A stretch of DNA of 64,000 nucleotides from Coleofasciculus sp. B1-GNL1-01 (GTDB lineage: Bacteria > Cyanobacteriota > Cyanobacteriia > Cyanobacteriales > Coleofasciculaceae). Position 1 is the first letter of the stretch. Each line of letters starts with the position of its first letter. The translations under genes were made by a program, and so were the position numbers. Under the pieces are notes generated by a model that was not told the DNA's origin, did no database searches, and was given only the letters and a program-made list of their open reading frames with translations. Below, piece by piece: positions 18,592-29,400 of this stretch. The DNA lies in the NCBI GenBank assembly GCA_040220235.1, contig JAVJTO010000095.1, one strand, 5' to 3'.

Positions 18592-20433
18592 ATGTTAGGC
18601 AAGTTACTGGATGGTCGTTACCAAGTCAACCAAGTCCTCGGTGCAGGAGGATTTGGTCGCACCTACCTGGCACAAGATACCCGTCGTCCAGGTAGCCCGA
18701 TTTGTGTGGTCAAACACCTTCAGCCAGCAAATCGTGACCCCAATTTCTTAGAAACCGCCCGACGCCTGTTCAACAGCGAAGCGGAAACCCTAGAGGTGCT
18801 GGGCAATCACGACCAAATCCCACGCCTGCTTGCCTACTTTGAAGAAGACCAAGAATTTTATCTGGTTCAGGAATATATCGAAGGGCATCCCCTCAGCAAA
18901 GAGTTGATACCCGGTCAACCGTGGGATCAGACGCGAGTTGTTGACCTGCTGCAAGAACTCTTAGAGCTTTTAGACTTTGTTCACAACCACGGCGTCATTC
19001 ACCGGGATATTAAGCCAGATAACCTGATTCGACGGAATTTAGATAAAAAGTTAGTCTTATTAGACTTTGGGGCGGTGAAGCAAATCCGGACTCAATTGGC
19101 AAGTCCTCAGGGGCAAATGAGCAATACGGTGGCAGTAGGGACTCCGGGTTATATGTCCAGTGAACAGGCTTTGGGTCAACCGCGTCCCACCAGCGATATT
19201 TACGCTTTAGGAATTATCGCTATCCAAGCCATTACAGGTCGTATGCCTGCTGAATTACAAGAAGATTTAAATACGGGCGAACTGATCTGGCAACATCTTG
19301 CCCCTGTGAGTCCAGGGCTAAAACATATTTTGACCCGGATGGTACGCTATCATTTCAAAGACCGCTACCAGTCAGTCGGAGAAGCGTTACAAGCCGTGCG
19401 ATCGCTCATCACCGCTTCTTCGGGTCAGTCTGTTTCACCGTCTCAACCAACCCCTCACCCCCAGCCCCTATCCCAACAGGGCACCCTGGCAGTTTCCCCC
19501 GCCGCACCCCCTCGAAGACCAACTCCTCCGACTCCTCCTCCGCCCCCTGAACCCGAACCTGCATCTGAACCGAATCGCGCACCATTAATCATTGGTGTGG
19601 GTTTAGCCGTGGCTATGGCAGCCGCAGGCATGGCGTATGGCATTCGTCAGGGGATGTCCGGTGGAATGGCACGAGGGACTTGTACAGTAACGGCTCAAGG
19701 CTTGAACGTGCGCTCAAATCCCAACGCAGCGATTGTTGGCACAGTTAATAAAGGCACAAAGTTAACCTTAACGGGAACTAAGCAAGGGGATTGGGTGGAA
19801 ATTCGTTCACCTAAAGCAGGGTGGGTTTTTGGCAAGTATGTCGATTGTTCTACCGTAGATACCATTGCGGAACAACCCGCTAGCCCTACCCCAGTAGAAA
19901 CTCAACCGAGTCCCACCCCAGTTGAGACAAAACCCAGTCCCAGCCCAGAACCAACCCCAACGCCGGAAAAATCCCCCGTTCAGCCCAAAGATAATGGGGC
20001 AGAGGTCTTGACAGAAGCGGCAGAAGAGTATCAACAGGGTAACTTAGATAAAGCGATCGCGGCGGCTCAATCGGTTCTCCCCAGTAGTCCAGCCTTTGAG
20101 GATGCTCAAAAGAAAATCGAGACCTGGCAAAAGGAATGGTCAGAAGCAAAAACCAAATTCGATAAGATTCAGCAAGCCTACAATGAAGGTCGCTATGTTG
20201 ATGTGATCATTTATGCCGCAGACAGCGATTTTCCGGAACAGCGCTATTGGCGAGAAAAGTTGAATGACTTAGTTCGCAAAGCCACCCAACGTAAAAATCA
20301 AGGGGATACGAATCAGGAAACCCCGCCGTCATCTGAACAGTCAAATCCCCAAAACGCTAAACCTGAAACAAAAGAACCCACTGGAGACAATTCAGTACCA
20401 GTTTGTGAACCGGAAACCGAAGAAGCCTGTTGA
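18592..20433 (+). CDS. Hanks-type Ser/Thr protein kinase with TM segment, SH3b domain and helical C-terminal domain
   Basis: LGAGGFG, VVK, HRDIKPDN, DFG and GTPGY motifs; TM; GLNVRSNP...GWV SH3b. ATG at 18592 is preferred over TTG at 18574. Confidence 0.93.
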   Translation: MLGKLLDGRYQVNQVLGAGGFGRTYLAQDTRRPGSPICVVKHLQPANRDPNFLETARRLFNSEAETLEVLGNHDQIPRLLAYFEEDQEFYLVQEYIEGHPLSKELIPGQPWDQTRVVDLLQELLELLDFVHNHGVIHRDIKPDNLIRRNLDKKLVLLDFGAVKQIRTQLASPQGQMSNTVAVGTPGYMSSEQALGQPRPTSDIYALGIIAIQAITGRMPAELQEDLNTGELIWQHLAPVSPGLKHILTRMVRYHFKDRYQSVGEALQAVRSLITASSGQSVSPSQPTPHPQPLSQQGTLAVSPAAPPRRPTPPTPPPPPEPEPASEPNRAPLIIGVGLAVAMAAAGMAYGIRQGMSGGMARGTCTVTAQGLNVRSNPNAAIVGTVNKGTKLTLTGTKQGDWVEIRSPKAGWVFGKYVDCSTVDTIAEQPASPTPVETQPSPTPVETKPSPSPEPTPTPEKSPVQPKDNGAEVLTEAAEEYQQGNLDKAIAAAQSVLPSSPAFEDAQKKIETWQKEWSEAKTKFDKIQQAYNEGRYVDVIIYAADSDFPEQRYWREKLNDLVRKATQRKNQGDTNQETPPSSEQSNPQNAKPETKEPTGDNSVPVCEPETEEAC

Positions 20434-20656
20434 TTTCCGCGATTTCCAATTGCTCTTGTCAGGTGCAAGAATTGAGTTGTAGTGGCGTGGCACACCTTAT
20501 TTGATTGGATGAATTAGAATTACGCCCCGAAACCGTAGGGGCGCAAAGACTTGCGCCCGATTCAACGTGTTCGCGAGAGTCCTCGGCTTCAACGAAGTCA
20601 GCCGAGCAGGGATAGCGGGATGCCGGAAGAATGGAGGCATCCATTCCGGCAACGTT

Positions 20657-22627
20657 TTAAGCGCCGCCTCTTAATTTATCTAATACGCTGCGATCTTCCA
20701 ATGTAGACGTATCTCCAGCCACTTCCTGACCGGCTGCTAAATTCCGCAACAAACGCCGCATAATTTTACCCGATCGCGTTTTGGGCATTCCCTCTGTAAA
20801 GCGAATCTCACCGGGACGGGCAATGGCACCAATTTCGTTAACTACATGTGCCTTGAGTTCGTTTGCCAATTCCTCCGTTGGACTGTAGTCATTCTCCAAC
20901 ATGACAAAGGCAAAAACATTTTCCCCTTTCACCTCATCCGGTTGTCCAACCACAGCCGCTTCTGCTACGGCGGGATGGGAGACTAACGCCGATTCAATTT
21001 CCATAGTACCTAGGCGATGTCCAGAGGTATTAATCACATCATCTACACGCCCCATCACCCAGAAATAGCCATCTTCATCTCGACGCGCACCATCTCCAGC
21101 AAAGTAGAGATACTGCCCGTCTTTGGGTGCAATATGTTCCCAATAGGTGCGGCGGAAGCGATCCGGATCACCATAAACGGTTCGCATCATTCCGGGCCAC
21201 GGGTGCTTAATCACCAGATATCCTCCCTGATTAGCGGAAACCGGATTGCCTTCTAAATCGACAATATCTGCCAGAATACCTGGAAACGGTAACGTAGCTG
21301 AACCCGGTTTGGTGGGAATCGCACCGGGTAGGGGCGTAATCATAAATCCCCCGGTTTCTGTTTGCCACCAGGTATCGACAATTGGACAACGTTGTCCGCC
21401 AATAATTCGGTGATACCACATCCAGGCTTCTGGATTAATCGGTTCACCGACGGTTCCCAAAATTCGTAAAGATGACAAGTCGCGGGCTTTGGGATGGTGT
21501 TCGCCCATCTTAATTAATGCCCGAATTGCCGTGGGTGCGGTATAGAAAATAGTGACGCCATATTTTTCCACCATATCCCACAAACAGCCTGGATTCGAGG
21601 GACGAGGTGCGCCTTCATACATGACGGTAGTGGCACCATTGGACAGCGGACCATAAACAATGTAACTGTGACCCGTAATCCAACCCACGTCAGCGGTACA
21701 CCAGTAAACATCAGTGTCTTTAAGATCAAACGTCCATTTCAGGGTGATATGGGTGTAAAGGTTATAGCCAGCGGTAGTGTGAACAACGCCTTTGGGTTTC
21801 CCGGTTGTGCCAGAGGTGTAGAGAATGAACAGCATATCCTCACTATCCATGGGTTCAGCGGGACAATTCCCTGATACCCCGGCTTGTAAATCATGCCACC
21901 AATGATCGCGCCCCGGTTCCATCTGGATTTTCTGCTGGGTACGTTGAACCACGAGAACGTTTTCTACCGTGGGGGCGCCGTTATTGGCGAGGGCTTTATC
22001 GACTTCGGGTTTCAGGGGAACAATCTTATCTTTACGCCAGCCGCCATCAGCGGTGACGACTACTTTCGCTTGGGCGTCTACTAATCGGTCTTTTAACGCT
22101 TCGGAACTAAACCCGCCAAATACCACTGTATGCGGCGCACCAATCCTGGCACAAGCTAACATGGCGATCGCGGCTTCTGGAATCATGGGCATATAAATCC
22201 CCACGCGATCGCCTTTTTTCACGCCTAATTGCTTGAGGACATTAGCAAACTGGCAAACTTCCCGGTGCAGTTGGGCATAGGTGAGGGTGCGAGAATCCCC
22301 TGGTTCTCCTTCCCAAATCAAAGCGGCTTTATTCCGTCGCCAGGTGGTTAGGTGTCGGTCTAGACAATTGTAGGCAATATTCGTTTTGCCTCCGACAAAC
22401 CATTTAGCGAAGGGAGGTTGCCAATCGAGGACTGTATCCCATTTCTGGAACCAGTGCAACTCTTGTTCGGCTAACTCCGCCCAAAATTTTAACGGGTCAG
22501 CTTTTGCCTTGTCATAGAGGCGCTGATAGTCCTCCAGACTCTGAATGTGGGCAGTCTGGGAAAATTCAGCCGGGGGTTGGAATAGGCGTTTTTCTTGCAG
22601 AACTGATTCAATCGTTGATTCAGGCAT
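20657..22627 (-). CDS. acsA: Acetyl-coenzyme A synthetase
   Basis: [20 protein letters not shown] and [11 protein letters not shown]; probable start [10 protein letters not shown]. Confidence 0.96.
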   Translation of the reverse strand: MPESTIESVLQEKRLFQPPAEFSQTAHIQSLEDYQRLYDKAKADPLKFWAELAEQELHWFQKWDTVLDWQPPFAKWFVGGKTNIAYNCLDRHLTTWRRNKAALIWEGEPGDSRTLTYAQLHREVCQFANVLKQLGVKKGDRVGIYMPMIPEAAIAMLACARIGAPHTVVFGGFSSEALKDRLVDAQAKVVVTADGGWRKDKIVPLKPEVDKALANNGAPTVENVLVVQRTQQKIQMEPGRDHWWHDLQAGVSGNCPAEPMDSEDMLFILYTSGTTGKPKGVVHTTAGYNLYTHITLKWTFDLKDTDVYWCTADVGWITGHSYIVYGPLSNGATTVMYEGAPRPSNPGCLWDMVEKYGVTIFYTAPTAIRALIKMGEHHPKARDLSSLRILGTVGEPINPEAWMWYHRIIGGQRCPIVDTWWQTETGGFMITPLPGAIPTKPGSATLPFPGILADIVDLEGNPVSANQGGYLVIKHPWPGMMRTVYGDPDRFRRTYWEHIAPKDGQYLYFAGDGARRDEDGYFWVMGRVDDVINTSGHRLGTMEIESALVSHPAVAEAAVVGQPDEVKGENVFAFVMLENDYSPTEELANELKAHVVNEIGAIARPGEIRFTEGMPKTRSGKIMRRLLRNLAAGQEVAGDTSTLEDRSVLDKLRGGA

Positions 22628-22740
22628 CGTTTGTAGTTGTAATCTGTTGCTGTACTCAAACCATTTTGAAGGCAGATTTGCCTGAATGAGCAATTTTGAC
22701 GTTTTGTAAAGCTTACCGACTCCTCGATAGGGGCGGCATC

Positions 22741-22874
22741 ATTCGTCATACTCGCTTCCTTGAGAAGCAAGCTACGTCATTTGTCATTTGTCATTTGTCA
22801 TTTGTCATTTGTAAGGGTTTGAAATCTATTTACATAACTTAATATATTTGAGTTGATTTCCACTAACCTACTTA
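22741..22874 (+). mobile_element. STRR-carrying MITE, right part
   Basis: STRR run with a 25-bp insert, then GTAAGGGTTT..TATTTAC, ending in CCTACTTA. Confidence 0.6.
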
Positions 22875-22906
22875 TACAAAATACCTCCTTTTTTGACGCA
22901 TGAATA

Positions 22907-22971
22907 AGGGCGGGTTTTGTTTAGCCGTTATTGGTGATTAAGCTAGCGTTAGTTCCTAAACCCGCCCCTAC
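22907..22971. repeat. REP-like element GGGCGGGTTT...AAACCCGCCCCTAC
   Basis: Inverted arms ending in CTAC; relatives at 12909-12970, 32580-32642 and 51146-51376. Confidence 0.75.
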
Positions 22972-23110
22972 AATTGATGCTTTTGCTAGGTTCAGGGCAG
23001 GCTTTTTATTCCCTGTTCCCTGTTCCCTGTGACACACCGAGCGAAGTCGAGGTGTTCACTGTTCCCTATCTCTACCCTCATGAGTGCCACATCTAAACTA
23101 AAAACATGAC

Positions 23111-23554
23111 ATGAAAGTCGTTCAACAAACGGTGACATTACTGACGCTGAAAGAACGCCCAATTGGGGTTTGGATATTGAGTGGCTTAACAGCCGCGATC
23201 GGATTGCTGATTTTTCTTTCTTCTAATTCATCGATTGATTGGTTCGGATTGGTTTGTATTGGGTTAGCGAATGGGATGATGTTCGGCAGTCCAGTGAAGG
23301 CGTGCCAATTCGACAAACAGAGCAATTTGGTAATGTTTAAGCAACAAGGTTGGTTAGGAAGCAAGGTGATCCGCCGTCCAATTGACCAGGTGACTGAGGT
23401 ACAAGTTGAACAGCTTAACCTATTCGGGCTTAAGTTATATCGGCTCAGGTTGGTTCTTTTCTCTGGAGCGCTATTCTATTTGACTCCAATTCCTTCTACA
23501 GATTGTAGACTACAGCAACATTTAGCCAGAACGATTAAACAGTTTCTTGCCTGA
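23111..23554 (+). CDS. Hypothetical membrane protein (2 TM plus a PH-like beta domain)
   Basis: 147-aa ORF with two hydrophobic segments. Confidence 0.75.
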   Translation: MKVVQQTVTLLTLKERPIGVWILSGLTAAIGLLIFLSSNSSIDWFGLVCIGLANGMMFGSPVKACQFDKQSNLVMFKQQGWLGSKVIRRPIDQVTEVQVEQLNLFGLKLYRLRLVLFSGALFYLTPIPSTDCRLQQHLARTIKQFLA

Positions 23555-23642
23555 CCAATCAATTCTAAGTGGGGTTGGCAGTCCCCTGTGTTCTGTTCCC
23601 TATCCTCACCACAATATTTATTCAGCAATCCCTAAGTAATAC

Positions 23643-23885
23643 TCACGTTTCACGTTTAGCGGATAACTGACAACCAATAGGTTGACCAACTGTCTTTTGC
23701 ACATAGTCTAAAATTTCTTGATAAGCGTCTGGATTGGTTTTAGGATGGATAATGAGTCGCACCTTACCATCCGGTAACCAAACTATCAACCGACCGTTCT
23801 TCGCCCAAACAAAGGTGCTGATACGATTGAGATCAATCAGATACGTATCGCGCTCATAACTTAATTTAATCCAATGCTGATCCAT
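23643..23885 (-). CDS. Conserved small hypothetical protein
   Basis: WIKLSYERDTYLIDLNRISTF...PDAYQEILDY; probable start MDQHW. Confidence 0.7.
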   Translation of the reverse strand: MDQHWIKLSYERDTYLIDLNRISTFVWAKNGRLIVWLPDGKVRLIIHPKTNPDAYQEILDYVQKTVGQPIGCQLSAKRET

Positions 23886-24120
23886 AGTGGACGGTGGCAA
23901 CTCTTAGCTGAGTCAGTCACGGTGGGGTGTTCTGAGTCAACACACCAATAGGGAACAAGACAGAGTGTGACAGTGAGATAGGCGATCGCTAACGGTTAAA
24001 AGGATACACCAGATGGTCATTGAGTATCTTTTTCAGGTAGAATTTTGATAAAAAAATGGTCATTAGTTCTCATTGCGGAACTAATGACACCTCGTATTGA
24101 GCGATCAATTGTTTTGCTAG

Positions 24121-24429
24121 TTACATTTTGCGTTGAAACTCTTCGAGTAAATCCAGCAGATTAACCTGACACTGCATCGGTAGTAAATCCGCTAGGGGAA
24201 CTTCCCGTTTGCCACCCCCCAGTTTAATCGGAATACTTTGCAAGATTTGCACCACTTGGTCTTCGGAGAGGTTATCCTCTGTCAGCAGGGGATAGAGGCG
24301 TTCAGCTAAAGGGGTGTGTAAATGGGCATCCTGTAAGTAAAGATGCCATTTGGCAACATCGATGTATATATTCTCACCAATTTCAGCCGCCAAGGTTTCG
24401 ATCGCTTCGCTGGTATTCGGGTTAGCCAT
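24121..24429 (-). CDS. DUF3181-family protein
   Basis: LAAEIGENIYIDVAKWHLYL.DA...LGGGK..PL.DLLP. Confidence 0.85.
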   Translation of the reverse strand: MANPNTSEAIETLAAEIGENIYIDVAKWHLYLQDAHLHTPLAERLYPLLTEDNLSEDQVVQILQSIPIKLGGGKREVPLADLLPMQCQVNLLDLLEEFQRKM

Positions 24430-24464
24430 AATAAATTGAGTAGGACGAACTGGACATTCTCAGT

Positions 24465-24743
24465 TTATCCTTGAGCAGAGTTAGCCGAATTATCTTGACC
24501 CGGTAAAGGAGTATAATCCGCGATCGCAAAGATATAGACGGCGTGTCCGACTAAGATTAATCCCCAGATACCCGTTACCCAATACGTCCAAGTCCAATTG
24601 GCATACTGGATAGTACGGACGAACCATAGACCCGAATTACACGCCGCAAACACAGCGACATGGACAGCAAAGTTCATTCGGTCATCTAGGCGTCGATACG
24701 CCGCATCGCGACGATCAGGTTTGCGGGACCAACGAGGAGGCAT
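24465..24743 (-). CDS. 2TM-domain protein
   Basis: MPPRWSRKPDR..YRRLDDRMNFAVHVA.F...NSGLWF; the ORF-track extension to 24884 is unlikely. Confidence 0.85.
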   Translation of the reverse strand: MPPRWSRKPDRRDAAYRRLDDRMNFAVHVAVFAACNSGLWFVRTIQYANWTWTYWVTGIWGLILVGHAVYIFAIADYTPLPGQDNSANSAQG

Positions 24744-25214
24744 AGCAGTTCGTAAGATAGACGTATGAGAATAGGTTATACTATCTAGTATTTTTTTGAT
24801 AAGGCAATTTTCGAGTATTCCGGTCTCAAGGGATGGCAACAAGGGTGGGATGCGGGATGCCAGCCTGACTGGAAACGTTGTCAACTAGCGCGATCGCACC
24901 GATTTTACGCTTACCGCCTCAAGCGTTGATGCCTTTGCTGTCATTTGTTCTGGTGAGGAGTAATCAGAGTAGTTTTAGGGGTGATAAAAACAACCAATGA
25001 ATTAGGAATTGGGGTTTATTAATTTGAATTTCATCGTGTTCCCTTCCTCCGATAAGATGAGTTGACGTGAATGTTGCTCAGAAATTCTCTGATGCGATCG
25101 CACATATAGCACTAAGTAAATGGACACAATTAAAGTTAACCGTGGAGATTAGGCAACAGGCAACAGGCAACAGGGAACAGTAAGGATTTGAGAGTGATTT
25201 ACAAAAAATGACCA

Positions 25215-26321
25215 ATGACACGACAACCCCACGACCAATTTGCCAAACAGTATCTGGAAGAATTATTAGCACCTCTGGGTACAGTAGAAACCAGCCGCGA
25301 TGTACTCAGCGAAGTTCGCCAGGTTGATGTTTGGTTTGTACCTGCGCCTTCACCCTCCCCAGAATCCGAGACTCTAGGATTACTAAGTAAAATGGCAGCA
25401 ACCACTTGTTTATTTGAACCGTTTCGCAATGCTCCTACCCCAGTAGAAGTGCGAAGTTGCATGTTGAAATTGTATTCTGTGGAAGCTGAACTTTTACGCA
25501 AGGCGCGACGGGAGAGACGTTCTCTATCAGAAGATGAGTCACCCCGTTTATGGATTCTGTCCCCCTCTTGTTCTCAACGGTTACTCAACGGGTTTGGTGC
25601 CAAGTTGAATCAGGAGGAGAATTGGGGAGAAGGGGTTTACTTCTTACCGGAGTTTCAGAGAACCGTACTGGTGTCGATCAACCAATTACCCGTAAGTCAA
25701 GATACACTTTGGTTAAGAGTATTAGGAAAAAGGAGAACGCAGCAACAGGCAATTGATGAGTTAGTCGGATTACCCCAAGAGAACCCATTCCGGCGCAATA
25801 TCCTGGAAATACTAGCCAATTGGCGCATCAATGTGGGCAGTAGTGAAACGTTAAGTAATGCAGATCGGGAGTTGATCATGAACTTATCACCAGCGTATTT
25901 TAAATGGCGGGAAGAGGCTGTATCAGAAGGCAGACAAGAAGGCAGACAAGAAGGCAGGCTGGAAGAACGGCGGCAAATGGTGGAAAACTTTCTCAGAGTA
26001 AGGTTTGGGGAACTGGATGAAGAATTAGAAGCGATCATCTCACCGATATTACAGTTACCGCCAGATGTGTTGACTCGTCTACTGTTGAACTTTTCCCCCG
26101 AAGAGTTATTACTGTGGTTTGGTGAGAGTTCTGGGCAAGATTTGAGATTAGGCGAAGAAGGGCGAGAAAAAGTGGAGAACCTGCTGAGAGTGCGGTTTGG
26201 TGAAGTTGATCAGGAATTAGCCGACAAAATCGCATCCATGTTAGAGTTACCCCATCAAGAGTTGACTCCTTTGCTGTTGACTCGTTCTCGTCAGGAATTA
26301 TTAGAACGGTTTGCTAGGTAG
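25215..26321 (+). CDS. Rpn/PD-(D/E)XK-like nuclease-family protein with a duplicated DUF4351-like C-terminal domain
   Basis: HDQFAKQYLEELL, QVDVWF.P and LFEPFRN; EGRQEGRQEGR linker; two ENxLRVRFGExD units. Confidence 0.8.
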   Translation: MTRQPHDQFAKQYLEELLAPLGTVETSRDVLSEVRQVDVWFVPAPSPSPESETLGLLSKMAATTCLFEPFRNAPTPVEVRSCMLKLYSVEAELLRKARRERRSLSEDESPRLWILSPSCSQRLLNGFGAKLNQEENWGEGVYFLPEFQRTVLVSINQLPVSQDTLWLRVLGKRRTQQQAIDELVGLPQENPFRRNILEILANWRINVGSSETLSNADRELIMNLSPAYFKWREEAVSEGRQEGRQEGRLEERRQMVENFLRVRFGELDEELEAIISPILQLPPDVLTRLLLNFSPEELLLWFGESSGQDLRLGEEGREKVENLLRVRFGEVDQELADKIASMLELPHQELTPLLLTRSRQELLERFAR

Positions 26322-26470
26322 GGATAAATCCTTGGGTAGGTGAAAATGGGGACAATGAGAGACGTAGCATGAGGAGTCTCTACATAATTGCATAACCTCA
26401 ACCTGTCCAGACATAAAGGGTGGTAAGGGGCAAATGTCTCAAAACTCGATCTTAAACTGAAGGTAAACGG

Positions 26471-29400
26471 ATGCATTACCAACAACAACAGCCAACAGAA
26501 AAACGTCAAACCTATTTTCTCAAGCCAACCTCTTGGCAATGGTTGGTTTATTCCTGCCATGCTGTAATCACCATCTTCAGCAGCGTTTTTATTGTAGCTG
26601 TGGAACAAGATCAGGTGTTGTCCCTACCAAAACGCGCTGGAGAGATAGCGCCGATAAGGATCGCCCAAACCGACAAACGCGCTGAAGCCGAAAGACTGTA
26701 TGAAGAGGGATTGCAACTGTTTCGACAAAGGACAGCCGAATCACTGCAACAAGCGATCGAAAAATGGCAAACAGCGCTTCCTCTGTGGCGTGAGGTGGGA
26801 GATCAATCAAAAGAGGCTTTTATTAATCTGGCACTGGGTAGCACTCATGATTCACTAGGATTCAAGCAAAAAGCGCTGGATTATTATAATCAAGCCTTAC
26901 CTCTTTATCGAAAACTCGAAGATCGCGCCCTTGAAGCAGTCACCCTGAATAATATTGGTAGTGTCTATGATGACTTAGGAGAAAAACAACAGGCATTAGA
27001 GTACTACCAACAGGCTTTACCCTTATCTCAGGCTGTGGGCGATCGCGCCAGGGAAGCAACAACCCTGAATAATATTGGTGATGTCTATTCTGATTTAGGA
27101 GAAAAACAACGGGCATTAGAGTACTTCCAACAGGCTTTACCCTTATTCCAGGCTGTAAGCAATCGCGAAGGAGAAGCAGCCACTCTGAATAATATTGGTC
27201 TTGTTTATTCCGACTTAGGAGAAAAACAACAGGCATTAGAGTACTACCAACAGGCTTTACTCTTATCCCAGGCTGTGGGCAATCGTGAAGGGGAAGCAAT
27301 AACCCTGAATAATATTGGTGATATCTATGATAACTTAGGGGAAAAACAACAGGCATTAGAGTATTACCAACAGGCTTTATCCCTATTTCAGGCTGTAGGT
27401 GATCGCGCCGGGGAAGCAGCCACCCTCTCTAATATTGGTTTGGTCTATCGTGAGTTAGGAGAAAAACAACAGGCATTAGAGTACTACCAACAGGCTTTAC
27501 TCTTATCCCAGGCTGTGGGCGATCGCGCCAAGGAAGCAACAACCTTGACTAATATTGGTGCTGTCTATCATGCCTTAGGAGAAAAACAACAGGCATTAGA
27601 GTACTACCAACAGGCTTTACCCTTAATCCAGGCGGTGGGCGATCGCGCCGGAGAAGCAACAATCTTGACTAATATTGGTGTTGTTTATCGTGAGTTAGGA
27701 GAAAAACAACAGGCATTAGAGTACTACCAACAAGCTTTACCCTTATCTCAGGCTGTGGGCGATCGCGCCCAAGAAGCAGCAACCCTCTCTAATATTGGTA
27801 CTGTCTATCATGCCTTAGGAGAAAAACAACAGGCATTAGAGTACTACCAACAGGCTTTACCTTTATCCCAGGCTGTAGAAGATCGCGCCCTTAAAGCAAC
27901 AACTCTCTCCAATATCGCCTACGCAGAAAGAAGTCGAGGCAATTTCCAACAAGCGTTGATTCAAATGCAAGCTTCGATTGAGATTATCGAAGACTTGCGG
28001 ACTAAAGTAGCTAGTCCAGAATTACGTCAAACCTATTTTGCAACTGTACAACATTATTACCAATTCTACATCGACCTGCTGATGCAACTGCATCAACAAA
28101 ATCCTAATCAAGGCTACGATAAACTAGCCTTTCACATCAGTGAACGTTCTCGCGCCAGAACTCTATTAGAATTACTCACCGAAGCCAATGCCAATATTCG
28201 AGAAGGTGTAGATCCTGACTTACTGCAACAAGAACAAACCTTAAACGCTAAACTTGATGCAACGGAAAAACAACGGATTGAAATATATAGCAATCCTGCA
28301 TCCACCCCAGCCCAGAAAACCGCCATTGAACAACAACGGCAACAACTTTTAGAGGACTATCAACAACTGCAAGACCAAATCCGGGCGACAAGTCCTAAGT
28401 ATGCCGCGCTGAAATATCCCCAACCCCTCACCTTAGAACAAGTTCAACAACAGATTCTGGATGAAGACACTCTTCTATTACAGTATTCCTTGGGAAGAGA
28501 CAATAGTTATCTGTGGGCAGTAACCAAAGATAGCTTTACCAGTTATCAACTCCCTCCCAGAGACGAAATCGAAACCCTAGCCCGCCGATTTTATCGCCTC
28601 TTACAAATTCCCGGTTATGAAATTGGTAATCCCAGAGGCATTGCTAAAGTTGTCCCCCGTGATAATTTAAATTCCGTAGCACAACTGAGTGAACTCCTCT
28701 TCGGACAAGTGGCTGAACAATTAACCAAAAAACGCATCGTCGTTGTTGCAGATGGGGCATTACAATACATTCCTTTTGCCGCTTTAGCCACTCCCGAAAC
28801 TGCTGATACCGATACTCCTATCCCCCTAATCAATCAATACGAACTGGTCAACTTACCCTCCAGTTCCACTTTAGGGATTATTCGTGACCAAATTAACGGA
28901 CGCCAGGAAGCGCCCCAACAATTAGCAATTCTGGCTGACCCGGTTTTCACGGATAATGATAACCGCCTCAAAAATGTCCCCAGCCGAGAGATGAAAGTCA
29001 ACTTAAACCAAGCTTCACTCAACCGTTCTATTCGCGTGTCCGAGATTAACTTAAATCGCCTCCCCGGAACTCGCACTGAAGCCGAAGCGATTCTCAATTT
29101 AGTGTCACCAGAGACACAAACCAATGCGTTTGATTTTGAGGCTAATCGTGATTTTATCAACAATCCGCAACTGAGAAATTATCAAATTATTCATTTAGCC
29201 ACTCACGGCATTCTCAATAGTGAAGCGCCCGAATTATCGGGTGTGGTGTTATCCTTAGTGGATAAACAAGGGAATCCAAAAAGTGGCTTCTTACGTCTCC
29301 ATGATATCTTTAACCTGAATCTGCCAGCGGAATTAGTCGTATTAAGTGCTTGTCAAACGGGATTAGGAGAAGAAATTCGAGGCGAAGGATTAGTGGGTTT

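Noticed and set aside
24940..25050. SD (GGAGG) plus ATGAAATTCAAATTA on the minus strand
   Set aside because: The frame stops after 10 codons. It may be a decayed gene but cannot be identified.
26921..27880. Diversity-generating retroelement TR/VR pair
   Set aside because: Variation is not confined to adenines, all units are coding, and there is no reverse transcriptase in the window.
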